This document shows, piece by piece, positions 28,001-40,165 of a DNA stretch of 64,000 nucleotides. The translations under genes were made by a program, and so were the position numbers. The DNA lies in contig CM119266.1 of assembly GCA_051294375.1 (NCBI GenBank), positions 7,327,707-7,391,706 of the forward strand, read 5' to 3'. Position 1 is the first letter of the stretch, and the number at the start of each line of letters is the position of its first letter. Under the pieces are notes generated by a model. That model made no database searches. It saw only the letters and a program-made list of their open reading frames with translations, and was not told the origin of the DNA. This DNA comes from Paraspadella gotoi. Lineage: Eukaryota > Animalia > Chaetognatha.

Positions 28001-29679
28001 TCAACCGTCTTTGTATTTGTTTTGTTTTTGCGACGCTCCATGACCGGGAAACTTTCTCGCCTTCCAGAATTAGCAATGCGGGACCGATTTTTGTGTTACT
28101 AATGCGTTACAATGGGGTGCGTTTTGGATAAACAGAAACAAGGTAAAATAGGAAGGAAGATGGGTTATTCAGGTTTAAACAGCGAGAAGATAATAAATTG
28201 ATAACAGAGAGAGATGAGAGAGAGAGAGAGAGAGAAGGGAGAGTGAGAAGGGAGAGAGGAGAGAGAGAGAGTGAGGAGAGGGGATGTTTGACCATTTACG
28301 TAAAACGAAATAATGGCTTGATGATCGAGTTGAAGTTTGTTTGGTTCCAATGTGGCGGGACAACTCATCAATGGTGGATTAAATTGAAATCTTGGGTGGT
28401 CGGTGTGTGGATGAGAGAGAGAGAGAGAGAGAGGAGAGAGACGAGAGAAGAGAAGAGAGAGAGAAGAGAGGAAGAGGAGAGAGAGAGGACGAAAGAGAGA
28501 AGAGAGAGAACGAGAGAGAGAGAGAGATCGTTCTGAATGCTCAAAAATTATTCGAAAAATGAGACTTTTGTACCTAGCCGACGATGAAAACGATCGACAA
28601 TAGTTTTTGCTGTCCTTTTTTTTTTCGGTCCTGTTTTTTGATGCGAGGACAGTTTCTATCCGTTTTCTGTTGTTTTTTTCTTGACCGATTTGTTAAGTGA
28701 CGCTGCGAGGGAGAAACAAAGAGAGGATCAGAGGCAGAGAGAGAGAGTGAGAGAGAGGCTATAGTAGGCTACAACGACATACAATCGAAAATATCATTTG
28801 CCTCTCTTCAAAATCCGAAACAAAAACAATTTCGTAATACACGACCTAAAAAAAATAGCCCACAACAGATTTCATCGAGTACTTTCATGCGCTCATTAAA
28901 AAAAACAACCAAATAAACGAAAACTAAACAACAAATCGTTTAAAGAAAAGTGAAGTAAGCTTCTCTCTCAACACTTCACAAGTACAAACTCTATGTATAT
29001 TTTTGTTTCTTTCATTGTTTCGGTGTCTTTTTTTTTTTTTTTGGTTTTTTACTCGCGACCAAAAAAGAACGGAGAACCTGATTGATAGAGTTCCATTCAG
29101 TTTTTTTTCTAGAATCTCTACTCTCTCTTCTTCTCTGTCGCTCTCTCTCTCCTCTCTCTCTCTCTCTCTTCTTNNNNNNNNNNNNNNNNNNNNNNNNNAA
29201 GAACGATAAAATGAAAGAAATTAAAATATACATAGAGTTTGTACTTGTGAAGTGTTTGAGAGAGAGTTACTTCACTTTTCTTTACGATTTGTTTGTTTAG
29301 TTTTGTTATTTGTTGTTTTTTTTTAATGAGCGATGAAAGATACTCGATGAATCTGTTGTGGGCTATTTTTTTTAGGTTGTTTATTACGAATTGTTTTTGT
29401 TTGGATTTTGAAGAGAGGCAATGATATTTGATTGTATTGTCGTTGTAGCCTTACTAGCCTCTCTCTCACTCTCTCTCTCTCTCTCTATCTCTCTCTTGTT
29501 TCTCCCTCGCACGCGTCATTAAAAATCGGCAAGAAAAAACAACAGAAAAGAAAAACTGGTCCTGCATAAAAAAAGGGACCGAAAAAAAAGGGACAGCAAA
29601 AAACTATTGTCGTCGTTTTCATCGTCGGCTTAGGGTACAAAAAGTCTTCATTGTTCAGTAATTTTTGAGCTTTCAGGAC

Positions 29680-29742
<63 letters not shown>

Positions 29743-30427
29743 ATCAATTTATTTCTCGCTGTTTAAACTGAATAACCATTCCTTCCCATTCTTACCTTTT
29801 TCTGTTTATCCAAACGCCCCCATTGTAACGCATTGTACAAAAATCGGTCCCCATTGCAATTTGAAGGCGAGAAAGTTTCCCGGTCATGAGCGTCAAAAAC
29901 AAAACAAATACAAAGACGATTGAAAGTGAAGCCAGGGAGTTGTTTCTTTTGCGTTAGCGATGACGACGACGACGAAAATGACGACGAAGACGAAGAATAT
30001 GGGGAGGAGGAGGAAGAGGAGGAGGAGATCGACGACGTTATAAAACGTGCCCCCTTGACCTCGTTTTATTTCTATCTTTTTCGTTTAAATTTTTTAAATT
30101 TTAATCGTTAATCTTTATTGTTATCGAATTTGATGATAATAATCTTAGTGTTGGCGATAAAGATATTAACAATGACGATGAAGGCGATAATTATAATCAT
30201 AATCAGGATGATTGTGATGACGACGATGGTGGTAAGAAAACTATAATTATTAAGATGACGATGATGATATCATAATGATCACGACGATGATGATGATAAT
30301 GACGATGACGACTTCATTCGCCCTCGCGGTTCTCAGTCAAAATTGCGACGATGTACCGACGAATTATTCTATAGTATTTTCTCGAACAGTAGCTTAATTA
30401 AAAAAAAAGTGTTTGAACTCCGCTTCG
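22052..30427. repeat. Direct and inverted copies of one ~3.6 kb segment (probable gap-filling artefact)
   Basis: 26917-29173 repeats 22052-~24290 (identical ORFs 22112-22348 and 26977-27213). 25689-~26910 is the reverse complement of ~24300-25525. 29199-30427 is the reverse complement of ~22590-24140. Indel-type differences; 25-N gaps at the turns. Confidence 0.85.
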
Positions 30428-31295
30428 NNNNNNNNNNNNNNNNNNNNNNNNNNNNNNNNNNNNNNNNNNNNNNNNNNNNNNNNNNNNNNNNNNNNNNNNN
30501 NNNNNNNNNNNNNNNNNNNNNNNNNNNNNNNNNNNNNNNNNNNNNNNNNNNNNNNNNNNNNNNNNNNNNNNNNNNNNNNNNNNNNNNNNNNNNNNNNNNN
30601 NNNNNNNNNNNNNNNNNNNNNNNNNNNNNNNNNNNNNNNNNNNNNNNNNNNNNNNNNNNNNNNNNNNNNNNNNNNNNNNNNNNNNNNNNNNNNNNNNNNN
30701 NNNNNNNNNNNNNNNNNNNNNNNNNNNNNNNNNNNNNNNNNNNNNNNNNNNNNNNNNNNNNNNNNNNNNNNNNNNNNNNNNNNNNNNNNNNNNNNNNNNN
30801 NNNNNNNNNNNNNNNNNNNNNNNNNNNNNNNNNNNNNNNNNNNNNNNNNNNNNNNNNNNNNNNNNNNNNNNNNNNNNNNNNNNNNNNNNNNNNNNNNNNN
30901 NNNNNNNNNNNNNNNNNNNNNNNNNNNNNNNNNNNNNNNNNNNNNNNNNNNNNNNNNNNNNNNNNNNNNNNNNNNNNNNNNNNNNNNNNNNNNNNNNNNN
31001 NNNNNNNNNNNNNNNNNNNNNNNNNNNNNNNNNNNNNNNNNNNNNNNNNNNNNNNNNNNNNNNNNNNNNNNNNNNNNNNNNNNNNNNNNNNNNNNNNNNN
31101 NNNNNNNNNNNNNNNNNNNNNNNNNNNNNNNNNNNNNNNNNNNNNNNNNNNNNNNNNNNNNNNNNNNNNNNNNNNNNNNNNNNNNNNNNNNNNNNNNNNN
31201 NNNNNNNNNNNNNNNNNNNNNNNNNNNNNNNNNNNNNNNNNNNNNNNNNNNNNNNNNNNNNNNNNNNNNNNNNNNNNNNNNNNNNNNNNNNNNNC
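30428..31295. other. Assembly gap (largest of many N runs)
   Basis: N run; others include exact 25-N gaps at 25664, 29174, 36724, 49412, 57925, 62364. Confidence 0.99.
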
Positions 31296-31609
31296 TCAAT
31301 TGTTTCTATTTTAAAACCCGATGTTCGTTTTTTTTTGTTATTTATTTATTTTTCATAATTTTTATTATATTTATTTAGTTGTTAAAGTTTTAAGAGACAA
31401 CGGGATTTTTTTTAGTTGGTGATGAAAAGAAATTAAGTTTAAAACTTTTGAAAAAAGTGAAATATTATTTTTGTTTTCATTTTTACAAAAACAAAAATCC
31501 TAACAACTTTATTTTAGAAATTGTGAATTTCAAATTTTGAATTTTAAATTTTAAATTTTAAACCCCCGATTTTTCCCTTTTACGGGAAATTTATTCTCGA
31601 AAGGTCGCG

Positions 31610-31644
<35 letters not shown>

Positions 31645-33125
31645 NNNNNNNNNNNNNNNNNNNNNNNNNNNNNNNNNNNNNNNNNNNNNNNNNNNNNNNN
31701 NNNNNNNNNNNNNNNNNNNNNNNNNNNNNNNNNNNNNNNNNNNNNNNNNNNNNNNNNNNNNNNNNNNNNNNNNNNNNNNNNNNNNNNNNNNNNNNNNNNN
31801 NNNNNNNNNNNNNNNNNNNNNNNNNNNNNNNNNNNNNNNNNNNNNNNNNNNNNNNNNTGAAGGAATGCGGATCGAAAATCGTGGAAGGTGGGGACAACAA
31901 CAACGACGATAACAACAACAACACCGATTGGTGGAAACTGACGCCCGACGNNNNNNNNNNNNNNNNNNNNNNNNNNNNNNNNNNNNNNNNNNNNNNNNNN
32001 NNNNNNNNNNNNNNNNNNNNNNNNNNNNNNNNNNNNNNNNNNNNNNNNNNNNNNNNNNNNNNNNNNNNNNNNNNNNNNNNNNNNNNNNNNNACCGACCGA
32101 CCAACCGACATAACTTAACGATAAAATATATTTTCAAATAATTTAAAAGATCGTTACAATAGCTAAAATTTATATTTACAAAAAATTCAATATCAGCCCC
32201 TATTCGTCCTATAATATTGATAGGAAGAAGAAACTATACAAACTAATATATACTGTGATCTGAGATTCGATATATAATTATATACTATATCTCCCCAAGT
32301 TTAGTCTTGGACTCGTGCTGCGAAAATTAAGCCTCGCGGAGGAAAAAAAAAAAGAAGAAAATTTACACTTTTTTTACGACGATCGTGACACAGATCAACG
32401 ACGACGATGACGACGACGAAAAAGACGATGACGACGACGTCAGCCTGGCGCTCCTCAATCTGCGACACCAACTATTGCAATGCGGATCTTGCGATGAGCC
32501 TCTTGCAAATTATCGTTTTGAAATCCTGGCTTCTTTCACTGGTTAAATTTCAATGCAATATTCAGTTGAATAATGGTGTTTAAGTTTAGAAAATCATAAT
32601 TTAAACTGTCTAAACTTTCACGCTACCCAATTTGGTATGTATTAAAAACAAATTTAAAATATATTCTCATAATATGAATAAATAAAACAAATATAATATT
32701 TGATGTATTTAGGCCCTAATTTACCATAGCCAGCCAAAAGATAGATTGTTTATTAAATCAATGAATAATTTTTACAGTGCTACCAAATTCATTATACAGC
32801 ACGAAATATTTTTATTCTTTAATATAATATTTCCCCGCCCACAATTCTACAAAAGCGGTTTGGCGCCANNNNNNNNNNNNNNNNNNNNNNNNNNNNNNNN
32901 NNNNNNNNNNNNNNNNNNNNNNNNNNNNNNNNNNNNNNNNNNNNNNNNNNNNNNNNNNNNNNNNNNNNNNNNNNNNNNNNNNNNNNNNNNNNNNNNNNNN
33001 NNNNNNNNNNNNNNNNNNNNNNNNNNNNNNNNNNNNNNNNNNNNNNNNNNNNNNNNNNNNNNNNNNNNNNNNNNNNNNNNNNNNNNNNNNNNNNNNNNNN
33101 NNNNNNNNNNNNNNNNNNNNNNNNN

Positions 33126-33159
<34 letters not shown>

Positions 33160-36100
33160 GGAACGGGTTTCGGTCGCTTGATCTCCGGTTGAAGGTTGGG
33201 TTTAAGTTGGTTTCGTTTGAGTTGTATGATGGGTTATATGTTTTATAAATATTTAATTTATTTTTATTAAAATATTATGTTTGGTTTCACTGTTCAATCT
33301 TCATTCATTACAGCTTGAGTGTTGACTTGATTTTTGCTTAATTGATTCAGTGATTGTTTTCCAGTTTCTGAAAAGTTGACCAGAAATGGAGATAAAAAAT
33401 AGCATTTACATCGTACAGTAATGAAGACTTTGAAGTATTCAGTTTTCTAAAATATAGTAAATTTCATTCTTAACTGAGTACTGCGAAAAAAAAAAAACAA
33501 AACAAAAAAAAACACAACATCCAAGAAGCCTTCTTAGAAGGACACCAGAGATAAGATGAATTCCCAACGGACGAATCGACGAAGATCGTAACTAATTGAT
33601 TCGGAGCCGAATGTAGTTTCAACGCGTGAATTAAAACGATTTTAAATTCAATAAAACTCAAACCTTTCAAAGTTTAATTTCGTCTTTTAATTTTTATCTT
33701 CTTCAATTTCTTCGTCTCTTTCTTCTCCTGTCGTCGTTTTAATTCCCGACCTCCCGCGATTCGATGTCCCTTCGCTAATTCGTGACTCAGAATTTGGAAG
33801 GGGGGTGATTGACTGTGGATGGGATGGGAAAATGTCACGAGCCTCGACTGTGAGTTTCACTGAGGACTGACAGGGGGGGGGTGTTTTGGTCTTTGAAAGG
33901 AAGAAAGTGACAGAGGGGTGACCTGACGATTGATGAGCGAAGTAGTTAAGAAGAAGATCAAAAGATTAAAAATAAATTAAATTTAAAAAAAAAACATAAC
34001 TTCGGAGAATAGATCTTACCTATTATATATATTGTTTTTGCTAATTGTAGTCGGGCATTGCATAAGTTCGCCCCGCCTATGAGCATGTCACATTCTTGGT
34101 TCTGATTCCAACTGCGATGAAATGATGATGTAAAAAAATTATGACAAAGAAAAATGTGAGTCCGTTCAATGGAACGAAGATATTGAAAGTTTGGACTGAC
34201 AGAGGGATATATATACTTAATCAAAAAATGACTAATTAATGTATTCGAAAACAAATTAAGATAAGGGGAAAAAATGACTAATTGATATGCACGTAACCAG
34301 TTAAGGAATGAAAAATGAGAAAAACGTGACTAAATCATCGAAATTTTAGGATGACAATCGAGGGGAAACCTTAAGATGTCAAAAACCGTGAAGAAGCGAG
34401 AAATTGGAAAAAAAAAGAGGTTCGGTCGAATTGGGGTCGGGAAAAGAATTTCGCGAAAAATCAAGAGATTCATCGAGAAGTCGGTGACTGAATAGAGAGA
34501 CGAATGAGATGAATAGAGAGAAGGAAGATTTTGAATCGAAGGGGGAGAGGTAACAGTGACTGAATTTAAGTGAATTATTTTCATCTAACGAAGTTATATC
34601 TAGAATAAATTCAAAAATAAATCCTCCAAATAAAAAAAAGAACGAATTAAAATTACAGGTAAAAGTATTAAAAGTAATAAAAAGATGAATAGAGTTTACT
34701 GAATTATGAAATCTTAAAATGAATAAAGTTTAACGAAAAATTTATAAACGATTGAAGTAATTAAAAAAATTATTTAATGATAAAAATAGTTCTTAAAAAC
34801 AAATTAAAAAAATAAATTACAAAAATGAATTAAAAATGAGTAAAGTTTACAAAAAAATGAATAAACTTTAGGGAATCGAAACGCGAGGCGAATTACAAAG
34901 GGCGGAGTCTGTCGGGCGGGACTGAGGGGGGCGGGGGTGGGGCAGAGGCAGAGGGCGAGGAAGACGGAACCGAGAAAGGTAAGGAATAAGAAAAAAAGGT
35001 AAGGGATGGAATTTCGATGGAATTTCGAGGCGAAAAAATCTAGTGGAAACGATCGGAGATGAGGAGGAGGAGGAGGAGGAGGAGGACGATGATGATGACG
35101 ACGACGACTGGAATCTTTTCGTCAACTTGGATTGACGAGTGAGTCACTTTTGAGAATGAGGAAAGGAAGGAAGGAAGGATGGAAAGAGAGAGAGAAAGAA
35201 AGAAAGAAAGAAAGAAAGATTGATAGATATAAAGAAATAAATAAAGAAAGAGAAATAAAGAAAAAAAGAAAAATAGAAAGAACCAAAATGCAAGAAAGAA
35301 AGATAGAAAGTTAAAACGAAAGAGAGAAAGAAAAATCGATATCGAAAACTGATTTAAAACAAATTCGGATGTCAAAGAATAAATAAACATAAATTAACAA
35401 TATATGTTTTTTAAAAAAATAATATGTCAATCAAACAACTCAATTTTCTTTTAAATTTCATCATCTATCAAAAGAGAAACTCATGAAAATTGTAAATGAT
35501 TGTAAATGATTGTAAATCATGACGCCAACTGACAACGGCTTTTTCTGAGTCCTCGGCGCTTTGCGCTACCTGCATTGACGTCCCTGTCCGTCAACTGCGA
35601 CCTTTCACACTCGAGAGAGAGAGAGAGAGAGAGAGAGAAGACGTGGAGAGAGACGATGAGGACTGAGAGAGCCGTAGAGGAGATGAGGAGAGAGAGGAGA
35701 GAGATATGAGATGATATTGAGAGAGAGAGAGAGTTTGATGAGAGAGGGAGAATACAATGAGAGGACCGTCCCCAGGTTTTTCTTCAGTTCCGACGCCGAC
35801 GGGCACTTGCAAACTGTGATCGCACCGTATTCGCTCAGGGCGGGACGCGAGGCGCCAAGATAAGAAGAGAAAAAGATGGAAAATTAAAAGAACAACTTGG
35901 GACGGAGATTTACAGGGAGGGGCTGGGGGGCGAGTCTCTGTGGGTTAGGGAATCAATGGTTGAGGACAGAGAGGGCGGGCGAGCTTGAGGGGGTCCTGGA
36001 CCGTTCGGCGAGGGGCTAAGATCTTCTTTAAGGCGTCCGGATATATGGTAGGGAAAGGTATATATGGAAGTTAAAAACTCTCGAATTCAATGCATAAAGA

Positions 36101-38818
36101 AAGCGTTGATCAAGGAAAAAAAGAAAGAAAGAAAGACAAGAAAAAAAGAAATAATATTTAGAAAGATCCTATGAAAGAATAGAAAAAGAAATGATCTAAC
36201 GAAATAAATAGAAAGAAAGCACTCAAGAAAGAAGAAAGAAAGAAAGAGTGGATCAAGATAAAATAACATTGAAGATCTCCACTCATTATGAGCATAGAAC
36301 AGAAAGAAGAAAGATGGAAAGAAATTATTTATGATTGAATGAGCCGACATTTGCGTTTCATTCGTGTCACATTCCCTCAATTTTAACAATATTGAAGTCT
36401 CGTCAAACAAAATCACAATCCGTGTGTGTAAACATTCACCGACGAGATGGAATCGCGTCACCAAAGTTCGGTCAACGCATTGAGACTCAGTTTTTGACTG
36501 CACGTGATCAGATTTCGATCCCGAATTCATTTCTTCTCTCTCGAGTTCTTCTAAAAATCACGTGACTTCCCAAACGACGTCTCACAAACGGAGTTCACTC
36601 GCATCGATTTTCACCGTTAATAAAGTTTCGGCGTATCCCTCAGAAATCGGTGAGTCAACGGTCGCCGACTTTGATCGTTCATTTTTAACGTCATCTCGAT
36701 GAACGTCATATCTTTCTGAACCCNNNNNNNNNNNNNNNNNNNNNNNNNTGACCACCTGTTTCTTCCTATTTTATCTTTGACTCTCTTTGTCTCCATGAAG
36801 ACTTCTGTGGGACCCTCAACCTTTTTTCTTCTCTTTGTTTATCCTCACTTTTGTGAATATTTGTGAACTTTTGATTCCGTTTTATGGACGCAGGTGGAAC
36901 CTTGTCAATGGAGTCGTTTTTTTTTATATTTTATTTCTTTTAACTTTTAACTGAAATTTTTTTGGCAAAAACTGCTTTTTTAAACATTAGTTAAGCTCAT
37001 TTAAATACCCGTTATTATTATGATATTTACAATTTTAAAAAAATATTTCACGATTTCACAATGTTTTCAAGGTTCCAAGGAAGAGAGAGACACGAGAGAC
37101 TTTTCCGTTCTTTGATCCCCCGCCGATCTCAAGACATTCTCCCATTAAAATTCAACGAGGCCCCGCATCGAGCACCGTCGCTCACTCGATCCCTGGCCAC
37201 GTTGACCCGAACCGAGCTCGATCTCGAGAATAAAGGACTTGTATCACGTGACTCTTTGAGTGACCGGAGTCAATTGTGAGACCCAAACCTGGACGTTTCT
37301 TTGTTCTTTGGTCGCGAAGGCTGTGGATTGGCTGAGGAAAGGCTGCGAGGGAATTTCCTGGCATACTTGATATGAGAGAGAGAGAGAGAGAGATATTTTT
37401 GGTTGTTGTGGTTGTACAAATGCCATAAGAGCGCATTCCTTGTTTGACTTACGAGTTCGTTTACCGGTCAATTTTTTTTTGTTCGCCTAGTATTTTTTCT
37501 AAATTTCGATCATGAACTTTGGCCTTACTCGCCTCATGCCACTATTCATGTGCGCGATCCACAAAGCATTTCGCTCTCACGCCCTTCGTCCAATCCGTAC
37601 TTTCTGATTTTCGGCAAGTCTCGACTACATTTCTCATCATCACATTTTCTTTTACATTTTTTTTCTTTCGGAGTAAAAACAATTTTGCTTAAATAAATAA
37701 ACCCCTTTTCATTTCCATCTATCTAGATATCTAGATATTTTTGTCGCTTTTAATCTTTCTATTCAGACGGCACTGAATTCTACTGAGAGGTAATTTTCAA
37801 ATAAAAGTATTCGATTTGTTACCGACAAAAAGTTTCCAGGCGACGATGGAACTTTTGAAACTAAGCCCGGAGCCAGAGTCGGCGTCGTCCGGGCGGAGTT
37901 CGCTTCGCCTTCGCAAAAAAAGTTACCCGCCAAACGCGCGCATTCGAATCCGATGCGGATCCATTGCTTTCTCGATTATTTCTCCCGTCCTGCCCCATTG
38001 AGAATGCCGATTGAATTTTGGCACCAGGTAGGCCCGCGGGATCTGGCTATCAGTCCATACCCGTGTTCACAGTTATGAAATCTTTAAGGGGTTAATCCAC
38101 AAAATAATATTTACGGATAACTAATAATTCCCAATTGTAAGTTTCTACATATCGGTTCCGCCTTATCGCCTATCCGACAAATGCCCCTTTTGTTCGCGCT
38201 AGTCGATAGACCGCGCGACTTATATCAGAGTAAGGAGAGAAGCAAACGAACAAAATACATCGAAAGACTGAATAGAATCAAACGATATAATCCAGTTGGA
38301 AGCCGTCGAATCCGTTGCGACTTGCAACTCCGCGCCACTAGAACCCCGCCGAATTTTGGTATGCCCCGGCAAACATCCCAAGCGGCTCCCCTCCCCTCAG
38401 TGCGCGTGGGGTGGAGAATAACGATGCCATCAATTTCTCTTTTTCTCGCGCTCAACTCTTCGGTTTGTTATCTTTCCTTACTGATTTCGCGTTTTTTTCT
38501 TGGGATCTTTTTCACGATCTTTTCGTCATATATCTATTCTGTTTCGTAAACCCGCTCATACGATGTCAAGCCCAAGAGACGAACGTTCGGACAAGTCCTG
38601 ACAAGCCGAAAACGTTCGGGACAAGTTCCTTAACACGTAGTAGGCAGGGGATTGGAGTCCCTCGGCGGGGCTCGAGCAGGGTCAAGAGAGATCCGGAGCA
38701 GGTCTCGCCCCCGCCGCCACCTCCCCCACCGCGCGCCGCCTTCTTCCCCCCTGCTTTACCGCGGTTTTTAGCAGCCCGATTCCGTCGGTTTTGGGGACTC
38801 GGCTCGTACCAAACCGAC

Positions 38819-39030
38819 ATTCTCATATCGGTCCACCTGCCTACGAAATGCCCCTTTTGTTCGCGGTAGTCGATAACGATCCGCGCGTTTTTATCAGAGT
38901 ATAGGAAAATACAAACAAAATTAACATCGAAGATAAAAAAAAGAAAACCTAGGGAAGCCGTCACGTTTGACCTCCCTGACCAATGGGAGCCCGGCAAAAT
39001 TCCCAAGCCGGCTCCGTCCCTCATCCGGGA
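38819..39030 (+). repeat. DIRS left inverted terminal repeat (duplicate copy starts at 38142)
   Basis: aacaaaattaacatcgaagataaaaaaaagaaaacctagggaagccgtcacgtttgacctccctgaccaatggga matches the reverse complement of tcccattggtcagagg...gtcacgtgacggctttcccctggattttcttttttcatcttttcgatgatttaattttgtt at ~47393-47478. Confidence 0.8.
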
Positions 39031-40061
39031 ATACGAAATTGCCTTCAATCTTTTTTTTTCGCGCTCATTCGAGTTCGCGTTTCTCCACCGATAGATTTCG
39101 CGATTTTTTCCTCACGTTTTTTGCACGCTTTCTCGAGAGTTTTCTCTCTACACCTTATTTCAGCGATTTGTGTTTTCGTGTTAAATGGTTCTCGGCAGTG
39201 TATTTCCGGTCTTCTACCGACCAAAATCCCGACTCATTATATAAAAAATTGGTTCAATATCCAAGTATAAAAATTTTTGTAATGTTTTGTGGAGAAAGAG
39301 ACGACGTATCAGTGGGCAGGGGTCCGATAATTCTACCGTACACGTCGACAGGTCTCTGCGGTCGTTAGAGAGGGAACTTGGAGATCCCTTCAGTGGGGCT
39401 TGAGAGGTCAAAGACCTGAGCGGTCCTCTCCACCGCCCCCACCACAGCCGCCTCTCCCCCCCATATTTAACCGCGGGTTTTCGGCATGCCACGATATCCA
39501 TCGGTTTTAGGGGCTCGGCCCGTTACCGACAGTTCCTCGTTTGAGCACACGGGCTCGTAGCGGCCCGTAATTCGCACCGCGTCAGCTACTTAACACAAGC
39601 TGATCGGGCCCAAAAATTGGCGGCCGGTTCCGGGACACCCCCGCCCTGCGCTCGTCTGCTTTCGGGCCTAGCCAGGGACTGGAGTCTGTCCACACGACGA
39701 TGAAAACTCGTCATTGACCCACCAGCTTTGACCTGACCAGATTTGATCCTAATTCGACAGTATTTCTAGGTCGTTATCCAGAATGTCTTTCCACAGCGTC
39801 TCGTCGCCTTTCTAGTCGGCGAGTTGTTACGTTCACACAAGTTTTGTCTATATGGGTGGATCGTGTCTTAGCTTGGTGTTCTCATCTTTTTAGCTCGTCC
39901 TTTAGTTGAACTCCTCGCAAGCTCCCATCTTTGTTTCTCCTTTTATTTTCTTTTTCTTTTCTTTCAAAATTTTGAAACTTTTTTTTAAAATTTTTCTTAT
40001 TCGTCTTTTCGATCAAAATATTTTTTGTTGAAATAACCACTTTTTCCTCCGCCTTCTTGGC

Positions 40062-40165
40062 AGGGGGCACATTTCGTGGCGAGGTGCGACCGATATGAGA
40101 ATTTTTAATTCCTTCTATTGGGAGATATATAATTCTTTTCTAGTATCGGTTCCTCCAACCTCGCA
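40062..40165 (+). other. DIRS internal complementary region (ICR)
   Basis: ggggcacatttcgtggcgaggtgcgaccgatatgagaa = reverse complement of the element's left start (ttctcatatcggtccacctgcctacgaaatgcccc). It is followed directly by ttccttctattgggagatatata, which matches the reverse complement of the right extension (tatatatcaccataaaggaa). Confidence 0.7.

Noticed and set aside
30343-33192. Long ORFs in the ORF track
   Set aside because: They run through N gaps.
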